DNA of 64,000 nt from an uncultured Gemmatimonadales bacterium (GCA_963821525.1 CAWGED010000019.1:160001-224000); one strand, 5' to 3'. Counted from the stretch's first letter, positions 40,701-52,361 are shown. Notes: generated from the letters alone by a model not told the origin. Program-made: numbers and translations.

Positions 40701-42318
40701 AAGGTCACCGAGTTGATTGCCCGGCTGCGGCACGCAGTCGCCGGGGATCTCCCTCATTTCGCCGCCCCCGCACCATGACATCTACTCGATCGAGGATCTG
40801 GCCCAGCTGATCCACGATCTCAAGACGGTCAATCCTCGAGCCCGGATCGGTGTCAAACTGGTGGCCGAGACCGGAGTTGGCACGGTCGCGGCTGGTGTGG
40901 CAAAGGCGTATGCCGACTACGTACTGATCGCGGGGCACAACGGCGGGACCGGCGCTTCACCACTCTCGTCGATCAAGCACGCCGGAAGTCCGTGGGAGCT
41001 GGGACTCGCCGAGGCGCAGCAGGCGCTGGTGAGAAACGGGCTGCGGAGCAGAATCGAAGTCCGGGTGGATGGTGGCTTCAAGACTGGTCGAGACGTGGTG
41101 ATCGCCGCATTGCTTGGCGCGGAATCGTTTGGCTTCGGCACCGCACCGCTCGTGGCGCTGGGCTGCGCCATGGCGCGCCAGTGTCACCTCAACACCTGCC
41201 CCACCGGTGTCGCCACTCAGCGACCCGATCTTCGGGCCAAGTTCAGCGGCACCCCTGAACAGGTGATCGCCTACTTCACGCTGGTTGCCGAGGAAGTCCG
41301 GGCGATTCTCGCCGGGCTTGGCGTCCGCACGATCGACGGGATCATCGGGCGCGCAGATCTGCTCAAGCGAATCGAGCGTCCCGATCTGCCCCGGGCTCAA
41401 ATGCTGGATCTCTCAAACCTGCTGACTCGAGCGGACGAGGGTGGCGGAGCTTCACGGCGTCTCGTCGCCCGGAATGACCGGCCCGGTGTGGTCTCGCTCG
41501 ACCGCGAAATCCTGCAGGAGTGCCGAGGGCACATCGAGGCCGGACTGCCCTTCTCGGGACTCTATCAGATTCGGAACCATCACCTGACCGCTGGCGCGGG
41601 AGTCGCCGGTGCGATCGCTGAGCGATACGGTGACGCGGGACTACCCAACGGTCATCTCCAGCTCCGGTTCCTGGGCAGCGCGGGACAGAGTTTCGGAGCC
41701 TTCGCTACTCGCGGGATGCTGCTGGATCTCGAAGGAGAGGCGAACGACTACGTCGGCAAGGGTCTCTCGGGCGGCACGATCAGCATCCGGCCCTTTCGAA
41801 CCGCTGGGTACGCCGCCGCGACCCACGAGAACGTGATCCTCGGAAACACGGCACTCTACGGTGCAACTGCGGGCAAGTTGTTCGCGGCTGGACAGGCAGG
41901 CAGCCGCTTCGCGGTCCGAAACAGCGGCGCCATCGCGGTGATTGAAGGCGCCGGCAACCATTGCTGCGAGTACATGACCGGTGGGCTGGTCCTGGTGCTG
42001 GGCCCGATCGGCCGGAACTTTGGGGCTGGCATGAGCAACGGCGTCGCATACGTGCTCGATGAATCGGGTGGCTTTCCGTCGCGGGTCAACACCGAGATGG
42101 TCACGCTTGCTCTGTTCGAGGGACGCGACGAGTCGCTGGTGCAGTCGCTCTTGCACGAGCATCTCGAGCGGACCGGGAGCCCTCGCGCCGGCGCGTTGAT
42201 CGCGCGGTGGGACTACTATCGCGGCCTGTTCCGGAAGGTCGTCCCCAACACGCAGCCGGGAAAATCACCGGAGCCGGTCCAGCCCCCGATCCCCGAGGGC
42301 GCGGCAGCCCTGCGGTAG
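37800..42318 (+). CDS. gltB: Glutamate synthase large subunit; indel near 40740
   Basis: HDACGVGF, HQRYSTNT, HNGEINT, EPWDGPA, QGAKPGEGGQLPG, CAMARQCHLNTCPTG. Confidence 0.96.
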
Positions 42319-42376
42319 GTCGGATAGAACGTTGGGGACAGGGTTTTCTCTTGCGGGTACCCGGGGTTTTCATTAA

Positions 42377-42396
42377 CTTGCTGTACGTCAAGCAAG
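42377..42396. promoter_or_regulatory. Palindromic operator candidate upstream of the TetR gene
   Basis: CTTGCT-N8-AGCAAG. Confidence 0.45.
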
Positions 42397-42424
42397 CCAA
42401 AAACTTTCCCAAAACCGATGGCCT

Positions 42425-43099
42425 ATGTCATTGCCGCTCAATGAGAAAGAGCGCAATCCCGCCCGCTCCCGCGAAGCCATTTTGGACGCCGGGGAAGCGC
42501 TTTTCGCCGAGAATGGGTACGAGGGTACCAGCCTGAGCGATGTGGGCACCCTCGCCGGCGTCTCCCGCGGAACCCCGGGATATTTCTTCGGCTCCAAGGC
42601 CGAACTCTACCGCGCCGTGCTGGAGCGCTGCTTCGGAGAAGTGCTGGACGCGGTCCGGGCCGGGCGAGCACGGGCTCTCGCCAGCGCGGCAGAACCGGAA
42701 GCCGTCCTGGCCGGTGCCGTTTCCGATTATTTCGACTTTCTCGCGTCCCGTCCCAACTTCGTGCGCCTGATCGAATGGGAGGCGCTCGCCGGCGGCACTC
42801 AGCTGGAAGAAGTGCCACCGCATGTCGCCGCGGCGCAGGAAGCTCTCTCGGCACTGCGTGATGAGCTGGCTATGGGACCGGGCATGTCGCAGGACGCCGC
42901 CCATCTCCTCCTCAGCATCATCGGTCTCTGCTGGTTCCCCCTCGCTCACGCCAATACCGTCCTCCGCGCTCTCGGCATCGACCCCGAGGATCCCGCCTTT
43001 CTCGAGCAGCGGAAACGGCACGTCATCGATCTCGTCCTGAACGGCCTGCGCGGACGATTTGCCTCCGCCGTTGCCACCGGAGAAACCGACCATGCCTGA
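42425..43099 (+). CDS. TetR/AcrR family transcriptional regulator
   Basis: ILDAGEALFAENGYEGTSLSDV..AGVSRG..YFFGSKAELY. Confidence 0.92.
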   Translation: MSLPLNEKERNPARSREAILDAGEALFAENGYEGTSLSDVGTLAGVSRGTPGYFFGSKAELYRAVLERCFGEVLDAVRAGRARALASAAEPEAVLAGAVSDYFDFLASRPNFVRLIEWEALAGGTQLEEVPPHVAAAQEALSALRDELAMGPGMSQDAAHLLLSIIGLCWFPLAHANTVLRALGIDPEDPAFLEQRKRHVIDLVLNGLRGRFASAVATGETDHA

Positions 43100-44949
43100 T
43101 GTGATGACTCCTCCGGCGCCTGGTGCACCGCCGCAGCTCGCCACGGAGAAGGAAGCCCGCGAAGTCGCGGAAGCCGCACGCGAGAAGGAGTGGCAGGCCC
43201 CAAGCTTCGTCCGCGAGATGTTCGATGGAAACTTCCGGCTCGACCTGATCCACCCCTACCCCGAGCAGGATCCCGCCGAAGTCGAGCGTGCCCGCCCGTT
43301 CCTGGAGCGGCTCGAGGCCTTCATGCGCGACAAGGTGGACAGCGACAAGATCGACCGCGACGGGAAAATCCCGGAAGAGGTAATTCAGGGGCTGCGCGAC
43401 ATCGGCGCTTTCGCCATCAAGATCCCGACCGAATACGGTGGATTGGGACTGAGCCAGACGAGCTACACCCATGCCATCGCTCTGGTGACCAGCCAGGACG
43501 GGAACCTCACGGCCCTGCTCTCCGCCGCCCAGTCGATCGGGGTGCCCAACCCGCTCAAGCAGTTTGGAACGCCGGAACAGAAGAAGAGGTACTTCCCTCG
43601 CCTCGCCAAAGGCGCGATCTCGGCGTTCGCGCTGACCGAGTCGAACGTGGGATCTGACCCCGCCGGCATGCAAACCACAGCGAGAGCTCTCACCCGATGG
43701 ACGGCACTGGATCCTGAACGGCGAAAAGCTCTGGTGCACCAACGGCACCATCGCCGAGTTGATGGTGGTGATGGCGCGGACCGGTCCGAAGAAAATCACG
43801 GCGTTCATCGTGGAGACCAACTGGCCCGGGGTCGAAGTGGTGCAGCGGCTCCATTTCATGGGGCTCAAGGCACTGGAGAACGGAATCATCCGGTTCACCA
43901 ACGTGAAGGTCCCGGTCGAGAACGTGCTCTGGGGCGAAGGTCGCGGGCTCAAGCTGGCGCTGATCACCCTCAACACCGGCCGCCTGACGCTGCCGGCCTC
44001 CTGCGTCGCCGCGGGCAAGCGCTGTCTCCAGATCGTGCGTGAGTGGGGGTCTACCCGGGTGCAATGGGGCCAGGCGATCGGGAAGCACGACGCGATAGCT
44101 CAGAAGATCGGACGGATGGCGGCGGAGACCTTCGCGATGGAAGCGGTCTCCGACCTCGCCTCCGGCATGGCCGATAAGGGCGGCTTCGACATCCGGCTCG
44201 AGGCCGCGATGGCGAAGATGTGGAATACCGAGACCGCGTGGCGGATCGCGGACGACACTCTTCAGATCAAGGGCGGACGTGGCTACGAGACTGCCGACAG
44301 TCTGCGGAGCCGCGGAGAGAAGCCCGATCCGGTCGAGCGCCTCATGCGAGACATGCGGATCAACCTGATCTTCGAGGGATCAAGCGAGATCATGCGGCTC
44401 TTCATCGCCCGGGAGGCGGTGGATACCCACATGCGGGTCGCGGGCGACCTGATCGATCCCAAGGTCCCGGCGGGCCAGAAGCTGGGTGCCCTGCTCAAGG
44501 CGGGAGCCTTCTACGCCTTCTGGTATCCCAAGCTCTGGCTCGGTGTGCGAGGGTGGTTCGGGTTCGGCGAATTCGGCCGGCTGGCTCCGCACATGCGCTT
44601 TGTCGAGCGGTCGTCGCGACGGCTGGCCCGCTCGCTCTTCCATTGTATGGTGCGCTTCGGTCCCATGCTGGAGAAGCGGCAGGCAGTCCTGGGCCGGCTG
44701 GTGGAAATTGGAGCGGAACTGCTCGCGATCGCCGCAGCCTGCAGCCGGGCGCATGCGATGCTCAAGAAGAATCCCCGGGAGACGGGTCCCCGCGAGCTGG
44801 CCGACGTCTTTTCCCAGCAGGCGAGACTCCGGGTGGAGCAGAAGTTCCACGACCTATGGCACAACACCGACACGGCGACCTATACTACCGCGCGCCACGT
44901 GCTGGACGATCACTTCCGCTGGCTGGAAGAGGGGATCGTCCGGGAGTAA
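43092..44949 (+). CDS. Acyl-CoA dehydrogenase (VLCAD/ACAD9-like); indel near 43695
   Basis: SAFALTESNVGSD, NGEKLWCTNG, QIKGGRGY, RINLIFEGSSEI. Confidence 0.92.
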
Positions 44950-44999
44950 GTCTGGCCAAGCGTCGCCGGTTAGTGATCAACGCTCAGGGGAGAGAAGGA

Positions 45000-45392
45000 A
45001 TGGCCATCGCCGAAGGAAAGACCCTGCCGTTCGTGGGTCCCGAGCAGGTGGACACCAAGGTGCTCGAGACCTTCGGTTACGAGGGTCCGGACCAGGAGAT
45101 AGTCACTGAGACCGACGAGTTCAGCGCCGTCTGCCCCTACAGTGGGTTGCCGGACTTTGCCAAGCTCGTCATCAAATACATGCCGCGGAACCGCTGTGTC
45201 GAGCTGAAGAGTCTCAAGTACTACGTGGTGGGCTACCGGAATGTCGGCATCTTCCAGGAGCACGCGACCGCGAAGATAGCGGAGGATCTCTTCCAGGTAC
45301 TGGAACCGCAGTCGCTCGAGGTCACCACGGTCTATAACGTTCGGGGCGGGTTTCTCACCACCTGCACGGTGCGGCTTCCCCGAAACGACTGA
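45000..45392 (+). CDS. queF: NADPH-dependent preQ0 reductase (preQ1 synthase)
   Basis: EFSAVCPYSGLPDFA, VELKSLKYY, NVRGG; GAAGGA RBS. Confidence 0.92.
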   Translation: MAIAEGKTLPFVGPEQVDTKVLETFGYEGPDQEIVTETDEFSAVCPYSGLPDFAKLVIKYMPRNRCVELKSLKYYVVGYRNVGIFQEHATAKIAEDLFQVLEPQSLEVTTVYNVRGGFLTTCTVRLPRND

Positions 45393-45611
45393 TCATTCCT
45401 TCCAACGAGCCGGCTGATCGCGTCGGCTCGCTTGGTCCTGCACGGTTTGGGTTTGCGCAGGACACCCGATTCGTCCGAACTTATTTTTGCGGGGGGGCCC
45501 CCCACCGCATCCGTTGTTTATCGCAGCTGCGCAAACCCTATGACGGCCGGTTGCCAACACCGGGGTCCAATGCCCGATATTGGCAACCGGCCTCAGAGAC
45601 CTCCAGATCGA

Positions 45612-47144
45612 TCAGTTCCCCGCCAGCCCCGGCGACGGCTTGAGCACGACCGGCGGAGTTGCCGGACGCTTGGGCCCCCGCGGTAACAACTGATCCAGGT
45701 TCGCCAGCTCGTACGCCGTCACCGCCATCACCGCCGACGCCTGCATCAGGTCCGGTCCCACCGCGTGCTCGTAGGTGTCACTCTGCGAGTGGTGAGTGTG
45801 GTTATAGCCCCGTGTGATCTGGTCGAAGTTCCAGGCCGGCACGCCGTAGGGAATGAACGACAGGTGGTCGGTGCCGCCCTTGTTCCCCTCTCGCACGTCC
45901 TTGGCACCCATAGACGCGACCGGTGCCAGCAACGCCTCCCACAAGGCCCGATCGTCGTTCCGTCCCTGCAGCGCCTGGCCGGTGATCGCACCGGTGCCGT
46001 TATCGAGAACCAGCACTGCCTGGATGCTGTCCATATCGGCGGCATGGGCCGCGGCGTAGGCGTTGGAGCCGAGCAGACCTTCTTCTTCGCCGGTGAACAG
46101 GATGAAGCGGATCGTGCGGCGCGGCTTGAGGCCTGACTGTGCGATCACCCTCGCAGCCTCGAGGACCACCATCGAGCCAGTCCCGTTGTCGGTCACACCC
46201 GTACCGAGGTCCCAGCTGTCGAGGTGAGCGCCCAGAATCACCACCTGCCCCGGCAGCTCACTCCCCTTGATCTCCGCCACTGTATTCCACTGGGTGACGG
46301 CCGACTTGCCAAACTGATTGTCGACTCGCGCCTCCACCTTGGGCGTCATCCCCGCCTGGAGCTGGCGATCGAGCATCCCGTAGTCCTCGTGCGAGATGAC
46401 GATGTTGGGCAGCGTCGAGACCCGGTTGGGTGAGCCGCTCATGTTCATGAGCGCCTGCTCCTTGGCGCCATCGGTCAGCGTCCCCAGCGCTCCCGCCTTC
46501 TTGAGCATGTAAAGCGCGTCCAGCGCGAACTGCCGCCGCTTCTCCATCGCGGCCTGCGAGGTATCCGCTGGTGGCTGGAAGCGCCGCTGCCGCTCGGCCG
46601 CCTGCGCCGCGGAATCCTCCGCGGTCATGGGAATGCCGTCGGTATTCCAGACCGGGAACGGTGCCGAGGGAAGGATCCACTTCCCTTTCACCTTGTCCTG
46701 GTAGACCGCGAGGCTTTCGGGCGTCGAGAAGTTGGCGCGCATGACGGTACCGGCCAGCGTCTTCCCATTGGTACCCGCGGTCCAGGCCCAGCTGTGCCCG
46801 GTGATCTGACGGGGGAACGGTTCGAGCAGGCGGACCTGGATCGGGCCCCGCTCCCAAGTCACTCCGAAGTTCCATTGCTCGAGCGTCGCGGTGAGGCCGT
46901 AGCCTTGGAACTTGGACGCCGTCCAGTCATTGGCCTTTCGCGCCGCGGCGGAGCCGGTGAGGCGGGGCCCGATGGCATCGGCGAGATACTGCAGGTTGGC
47001 CATGACCTCGGAATGGTTCATGGCCTGATCGATCAGGGCTCCAGCCGGGGTCGTGTCGACCTGGACCTGAGCATGAAGCGGGTATGCGATCACCAGCGCG
47101 GCGGCGACGAGTAGCGAAGATCTCACAGTCGGAAGGCTCCTCAA
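45612..47144 (-). CDS. Secreted M28 metallopeptidase (carboxypeptidase Q-like)
   Basis: GPRLTGS, GAHLDSWD, DNGTG, GEEEGLLGS, TDH, HH. Confidence 0.9.
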   Translation of the reverse strand: MRSLPTVRSSLLVAAALVIAYPLHAQVQVDTTPAGALIDQAMNHSEVMANLQYLADAIGPRLTGSAAARKANDWTASKFQGYGLTATLEQWNFGVTWERGPIQVRLLEPFPRQITGHSWAWTAGTNGKTLAGTVMRANFSTPESLAVYQDKVKGKWILPSAPFPVWNTDGIPMTAEDSAAQAAERQRRFQPPADTSQAAMEKRRQFALDALYMLKKAGALGTLTDGAKEQALMNMSGSPNRVSTLPNIVISHEDYGMLDRQLQAGMTPKVEARVDNQFGKSAVTQWNTVAEIKGSELPGQVVILGAHLDSWDLGTGVTDNGTGSMVVLEAARVIAQSGLKPRRTIRFILFTGEEEGLLGSNAYAAAHAADMDSIQAVLVLDNGTGAITGQALQGRNDDRALWEALLAPVASMGAKDVREGNKGGTDHLSFIPYGVPAWNFDQITRGYNHTHHSQSDTYEHAVGPDLMQASAVMAVTAYELANLDQLLPRGPKRPATPPVVLKPSPGLAGN

Positions 47145-47345
47145 GAAAAAGCGGGTTGAGGTTGGCGGTAAGGCGCGGTTTGGTCGGGCGAAAGCCGCTG
47201 TAGAGTCGCCAGTCGGGTCACCCCGAGCAAGTCCATCTCAGGAATCGAAACGTTCCCCGGCGCAACGGTCGGAGTTGCGGAGGCCTTAGGTTGGCCGTAA
47301 TGTGTAAAACGTCATTTGATCATTACAGCCGCCGGCGAGCCCGCT

Positions 47346-50018
47346 ATGCGCCTCCTTCCGCCGTTAGTCGTCGCCTTGAGTCTGAGTCTTCCTTCTTCAC
47401 TAACTGCCCAAAGCGGCTGCTGGACGGTTCCGGATACGAGCCGCAATCAAGGACAGCGCCCGCGTGGCGCACGCCGCAGGACCGCGGGTCCTCCACGCAA
47501 CCGCGCTAAGCGGCAGTCAGCCGGTCATAGACGGAAGCCTCGACGATGCCGTGTGGTGTGAAGCCCCAGCCGACAGCGACTTCGTGCAGAGCAGTCCCAA
47601 CCCGGGGGCGCTCGCAACTCTGCCGGCAGTAGTTCGAGTGATGTACGACGACGCAGCGGTGTACGTGGCCGTCAGGCTGTTCGACCCGAGTCCCGATTCG
47701 GTGCTCGCTCCCTACCCCCGTCGCGACGACGAGAACACCTCGGATTGGGTGTTCGTCGAAGTGGATACCCGGTTTGACCGGCGATCGGGCTACAGCTTTG
47801 GGCTGAACCCAAGAGGCGTTCAGGTTGACGGCACCTGGTCCAACGACGTCGACTACGACGTCGCGTGGAACGGAGTCTGGAGCGGCGCCGCGCGAATCGA
47901 TTCCGCAGGATGGGCCGCCGAGTACCGCATTCCCTGGTCTCAGGTGGCGCTGGGGCGAAGCACGGTGGGAGCCCCGCTCACTTGGGGGATCAACGTCTAT
48001 CGCTACACCCCTCATCGTGGGGAGTCGGACAACTGGTCGCCACGGCTACCGACGGTGGTGGGCATCGTCTCCCACTTCAATCAGCTGCAAGGGCTGACGG
48101 TTCCTCGGCACTCGGGAAGTCTCGAGCTGGTGCCCTACGGCGCGGCGAGCGGAACCCGCAGCCCCACCGGTTCGAGCCAGGACGCGACCGGAGGCGGTGA
48201 TCTCCGCTTCCGGCCCACGCCGTCAACATTTGTCGGACTCTCGATCCATCCTGATTTCGGACAGGTCGAAGCAGATCCCTCGCAGGTGAACCTCACCACC
48301 TTCGAGACCTTTTTCCCCGAGCAGCGGCCCTTGTTCCTCGAAGGCGCCGACGTCTTTCAGTTCAACTCCCAGCTCGGCTTCACCTCCCGAGGCACCTCGT
48401 TCGACCAGGAAAGTCCCTTCTACTCGCGGCGCATCGGACGTCCACCCCACGGCTCGGTCCCCGACGCTGCGCTGAGCGCCGAGGTGCCTCAAGCCACGAC
48501 TCTGCTCGGCGCGGGGAGGTTTTCGGGCCGAGATGGGAGAATGGTCTGGCGGAATCTTCTCCGCCATGACCGATGAGGAGGATGCCAAGTATGTCGATCC
48601 CACCGGTGTGCACCGTCGGCTCACGGTCGAACCGCTTACCAGCTTTGCGGTCGCTCGGACAACACGCGAGTTTCGAGGTGGCGCCAGTGCCGTTGGAGTC
48701 ATGGGCACCTTCGTCGATCGAGTGAACATGACCTCGAGTCTCGACTCGCTGCTGCCCAAGCTCCGCGATCGTCCTGGGCAGCGACTTCCGCCATCGCTTC
48801 GCGGGAGACCGCTACGAGCTAAGTGGCTTCGCGCTGGGCAGCCGGGTCGAGGGGAGTGCGGAAGCTATCGAAGCGATCCGGCTCGACCCGCGGCATGGAT
48901 ACGGGCGCCCCGATCTGCCGAATCCCGATGACGGCAGCATTAGTCACACGAGTCTCACCGGCGCTTCTGCGCAGGCTCGGATCGCCAGGGTGGCCGGGAG
49001 TCTTCTCTGGGATGTCGCCGGCCGGGTAGTAACACCCGGGTTCGAGATGAACGATCAGGGGTTTCAGCGGAACGCCAACTGGTTGCTGCTCGCCGGAACC
49101 TGGCGGTACCGGGTGTACCGGCCCGGCCACACGATCCGCCGGTGGTCGGTCGGATCGAATCAACTCGGCATCGGGTGGACCTTCGATGGAGAGCAACGTG
49201 CCGCGATCGCCAACCTGAGCGGCTCGCTCGATTTTCGGAATTACTGGGGAGGGTCACTCTCCCTGGATCACGAATTTCCGGTGACTGATCCCGAGGTGCT
49301 CCGTGGCGGGCCGGCACTCCCCATCCCTGCAAGAAATCGGATCACCGCTACCGCATACACCGACTCTCGGAAACGATGGCAGATCACTGTTACCGGGAGC
49401 GGGGAGCGTGAATCGAAGAGCGAATCCCTGGTCGGGAGTCTGTCCGTGGACTTCGGCGGATTCGTGACCGACCGCTTGCAGCTGGGCATCTCGCCCTACG
49501 TGGCGTCCGCCACCGAGGGATGGCAGTACGTCGACCAGCCCATCGATGCCTCCGGAGTGCGCCGCTACTTCCTCGGCCGGCTGGAGCAGACGACCACTTC
49601 ACTCACCGCACGAATGACCTACGCCTTCTCACCGAAACTCACGCTGCAACTTTACACCCAGGCATTCCTGAGCGGTGGGGCGTACGATCGTTTCAAGGAA
49701 GTGGTCGCGAAGCAGGTTCATGAAATCGCGCCGGCGCGAATCACCCACGACGTCCAGGCTGGTCAATACATCATCGATCAGGGGACCGCGACTACCGCGA
49801 CCTTCAGCGAGCCGGCATTTTCGGAGCGGGACTTGAACCTGAATTTCGTGCTGCGCTGGGAGTTTCTACCCGGTTCGACGCTCTACTGGGTGTGGACTCG
49901 ACGGGGCAGCGATCCGACCACTCAACCCTTCGATCTTCACCAGGACCTGAATCGCCTGTGGAATGCTCCTGCCTCCGATGCCCTGCTGGTGAAGATCAGC
50001 TATTGGATCGCGACCTGA
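47346..50018 (+). CDS. CBM9-like plus DUF5916 outer-membrane protein; several indels
   Basis: Signal peptide, IDGSLDDAVW, AEYRIPW, PDFGQVEAD, FPEQRPLFLEG, C-terminal KISYW. Confidence 0.85.
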
Positions 50019-50022
50019 CCCG

Positions 50023-50637
50023 ATGAGCGGCGCCGCGACTCTCGCACTGATCAGCGGGCACCTCGCCCTCGACTTCGCCAACACGGCGGGTTGGCACGCG
50101 AGCGACCACCGAAACGAGTGGCTGAACGACTACGGAGACTTCATCGCCTGGGCGAGACATGCGGCGGGTTTGCCCGCGAAGGAAGCGACCGCCCTGCTGC
50201 AACTCGCGGACAAGCATCCTGGCAAGGCACAACAGGCGTTTGCGAAGGTTCTGCAGCTGCGTGAGGCCGACTATCGGGTGTTCGCGGCGCTTTCGCAGGG
50301 ACGACTACCGACACAAGCCGACTTGGACCAACTCCACACCGCTCGCATCGCAGCACTCGAGGCGGCTCGCTTCGCTCCCGGTGCCGATGGGCGGCCCGTG
50401 CTTGACTGGTCGCCCGGGAGCACCGATCTCCTCCGGCCGCTCCACCCTGTCATGGTCGCCGCGACCGATCTGCTCGGAGCCGACGACCTCAAGCGGCTCC
50501 GCCAGTGTGGCAACCATCCCTGCGGCTGGCTTTTTCTCGATCGGAGCCGGAACGGGTCGCGCCGGTGGTGTTCCTCAAGCGAGTGCGGCAATGCCACCCG
50601 GGTGCGGCGCTTTCGAGCGAAGCAGGGTTCGAACTAG
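50023..50637 (+). CDS. ABATE/CGNR zinc-finger protein
   Basis: LALDFANT; CGNHPCGWLFLDRSRNGSRRWCSSSECGN. Confidence 0.9.
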   Translation: MSGAATLALISGHLALDFANTAGWHASDHRNEWLNDYGDFIAWARHAAGLPAKEATALLQLADKHPGKAQQAFAKVLQLREADYRVFAALSQGRLPTQADLDQLHTARIAALEAARFAPGADGRPVLDWSPGSTDLLRPLHPVMVAATDLLGADDLKRLRQCGNHPCGWLFLDRSRNGSRRWCSSSECGNATRVRRFRAKQGSN

Positions 50638-50641
50638 CCGC

Positions 50642-51301
50642 TCACGTCTTCGGCGAAACGCGGGAACGGCGCCGGCGCGGAAGCGCCATGACATAGCCCA
50701 AGACCACACTGAGGAGAGCGGTCCCGGCGATAAGGGCCACCAATCCCGCAATCGTGTCTCGGCTCGCATTTACCACGCGCAGCGCACTGAAGGTGTGGAG
50801 CCCGCCCATCACGCTTCTGAATCGCTTGAGTCGGTCGGTAACCCGTGCGGCGCCACTGGCATCAATCTCGACCATCGTGGATGCCTCATCGGAGAACACG
50901 ACACGGTATCCGGAGGCACCTTCGCGAGCACCGAGGCGGATGATCTTTGCAGGCGCCGACACTCCCGAAGCCTGCATCGCGATCACGCCGGCGAGAGAGT
51001 CGTTGATCACGACAGGCTCTCCGTTCCGGGCATCGACCAGGACAGTTCCCGAACCAGTCGAGAGCTTATAGACCGGCGCCGTGCCTATTCCGATCAGGTC
51101 AATCTGGTTGACCGTAGCATTGCTCCTGGCCGCGGCCTGGGCAGGCGAGATCACCGCCGCGCTGAAATCCAGTCGAGGGGTTGGCGGACTCGGCGGTCGT
51201 GGGCCCGCCACCATGATGATGCCCGTAAAGAGCCACATCGCGAGGACCACCCCGACGCTGACACCGATCCACTTATGCCACTTGTAAATGAGCCTTAGCA
51301 C
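50642..51301 (-). CDS. PepSY-associated TM-helix protein
   Basis: KWHKWIG..WLFTG, GLHTFS, C-terminal TM helix. Confidence 0.8.
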   Translation of the reverse strand: MLRLIYKWHKWIGVSVGVVLAMWLFTGIIMVAGPRPPSPPTPRLDFSAAVISPAQAAARSNATVNQIDLIGIGTAPVYKLSTGSGTVLVDARNGEPVVINDSLAGVIAMQASGVSAPAKIIRLGAREGASGYRVVFSDEASTMVEIDASGAARVTDRLKRFRSVMGGLHTFSALRVVNASRDTIAGLVALIAGTALLSVVLGYVMALPRRRRSRVSPKT

Positions 51302-52281
51302 GGCGACTCCGCGTCTAGGAGTTGTGAGGAACTTCCCTGCCCAGCGCCCACCAGTCGTTCTGCTAACGCACCGATCTGCGCCGCTCCGGGTACGGCCGCA
51401 ATCCACTCGGCCGGCACCGCCGACTCGCTATCCCGCGCTCCCATGAGGCCGCCGGCAATCGCCGCGTTGGTGTCGGTATCTCCCCCGGCATTGACCAGCC
51501 AGAGTAATCCCCGCCGGAGGTTCGACTCATGGTATGCGAACCACAGCGCGATCTCCATCGCGTGAACCGCATATCCCGCATCGGGGCCCTGGACTGGAAG
51601 GTCGTCCCGAGTCTCGAGCGGCACCCGTCGCGCAGCGGCCAGCAGCTCTTCCGGAGCATCGTTGTTACGCAATGCTTCGATCACGTCGGGGATGAAGTCG
51701 CGCTTCCCGAGAAGAAATCTCGCGGCCGCGACGTTCACGGCCACCGCGGCCCAGGCGCATCGTTCGTCGGGGTGGGTCAGAATCGCGGTGTGATACGTCC
51801 CGCTCACCAGGTTGGCCGGAGCGCGATGGGTCGCGAGCGCAACCGGAAGGCAGCGTGAGAGCGGCCCGTTCCCCGCCTGGCCACCAGTGCTTCCAGGCGG
51901 AGAGTCGTGCTGCGCGATGTGCTCCAGCGCCGTTCGAGTCCAGATCCCGATCCCCCGGCCATCGCGCCGCATCCACTCGATCCAGCGCTGGGCCAGGCGC
52001 CGGAAATCCATCTCGGGCTGAAGCAGCTCCTCGGCGAGCACCAGGGTTAGGGCCAGGTCGTCATCGTATGGCGACTGTTCGGAGTCCCGGCGCAGCACCT
52101 CCCGCAGACCGCCGGGGAATTCCCGGGCAATCCGGTCCGCGGTGCCCAGGAACTCGGTGGGGACGCCGAGCGCATTGCCGGCGGCATGACCCAGGAGAGC
52201 ACCGCGGGCACGGGCGGCGAGCGACAGGGGGTGGGGACCAAAGGGACATTGGCCGCCGAATATACTCAGCCAGGGTGGCAT
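51295..52281 (-). CDS. ADP-ribosylglycohydrolase family protein (start uncertain)
   Basis: GALLGHAAGNALG, YDDD, AGNG, GGDTDTNAAIAG. Confidence 0.88.
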   Translation of the reverse strand: MPPWLSIFGGQCPFGPHPLSLAARARGALLGHAAGNALGVPTEFLGTADRIAREFPGGLREVLRRDSEQSPYDDDLALTLVLAEELLQPEMDFRRLAQRWIEWMRRDGRGIGIWTRTALEHIAQHDSPPGSTGGQAGNGPLSRCLPVALATHRAPANLVSGTYHTAILTHPDERCAWAAVAVNVAAARFLLGKRDFIPDVIEALRNNDAPEELLAAARRVPLETRDDLPVQGPDAGYAVHAMEIALWFAYHESNLRRGLLWLVNAGGDTDTNAAIAGGLMGARDSESAVPAEWIAAVPGAAQIGALAERLVGAGQGSSSQLLDAESPC

Positions 52282-52361
52282 CGAGCCTCCCCATTTCGGA
52301 GATCGCGCGGGGACGGCTATGTTCCCTTCTTCCTGCACGCGACCCAGCCGAGGATTCGCCC

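Noticed and set aside
44950..45000. preQ1 riboswitch upstream of queF
   Set aside because: No recognisable preQ1 stem-loop or A-rich tail in the 50-nt spacer
44220..45392. 390-aa QueF with a long N-terminal extension
   Set aside because: The extension is an alternative frame of the acyl-CoA dehydrogenase; the RBS and ATG at 45000 give a normal-size QueF
51295..52281. DraG-type nitrogen regulation linked to AmtB/P-II
   Set aside because: About 25 kb away, no draT or nif genes in the window, and the family is widespread
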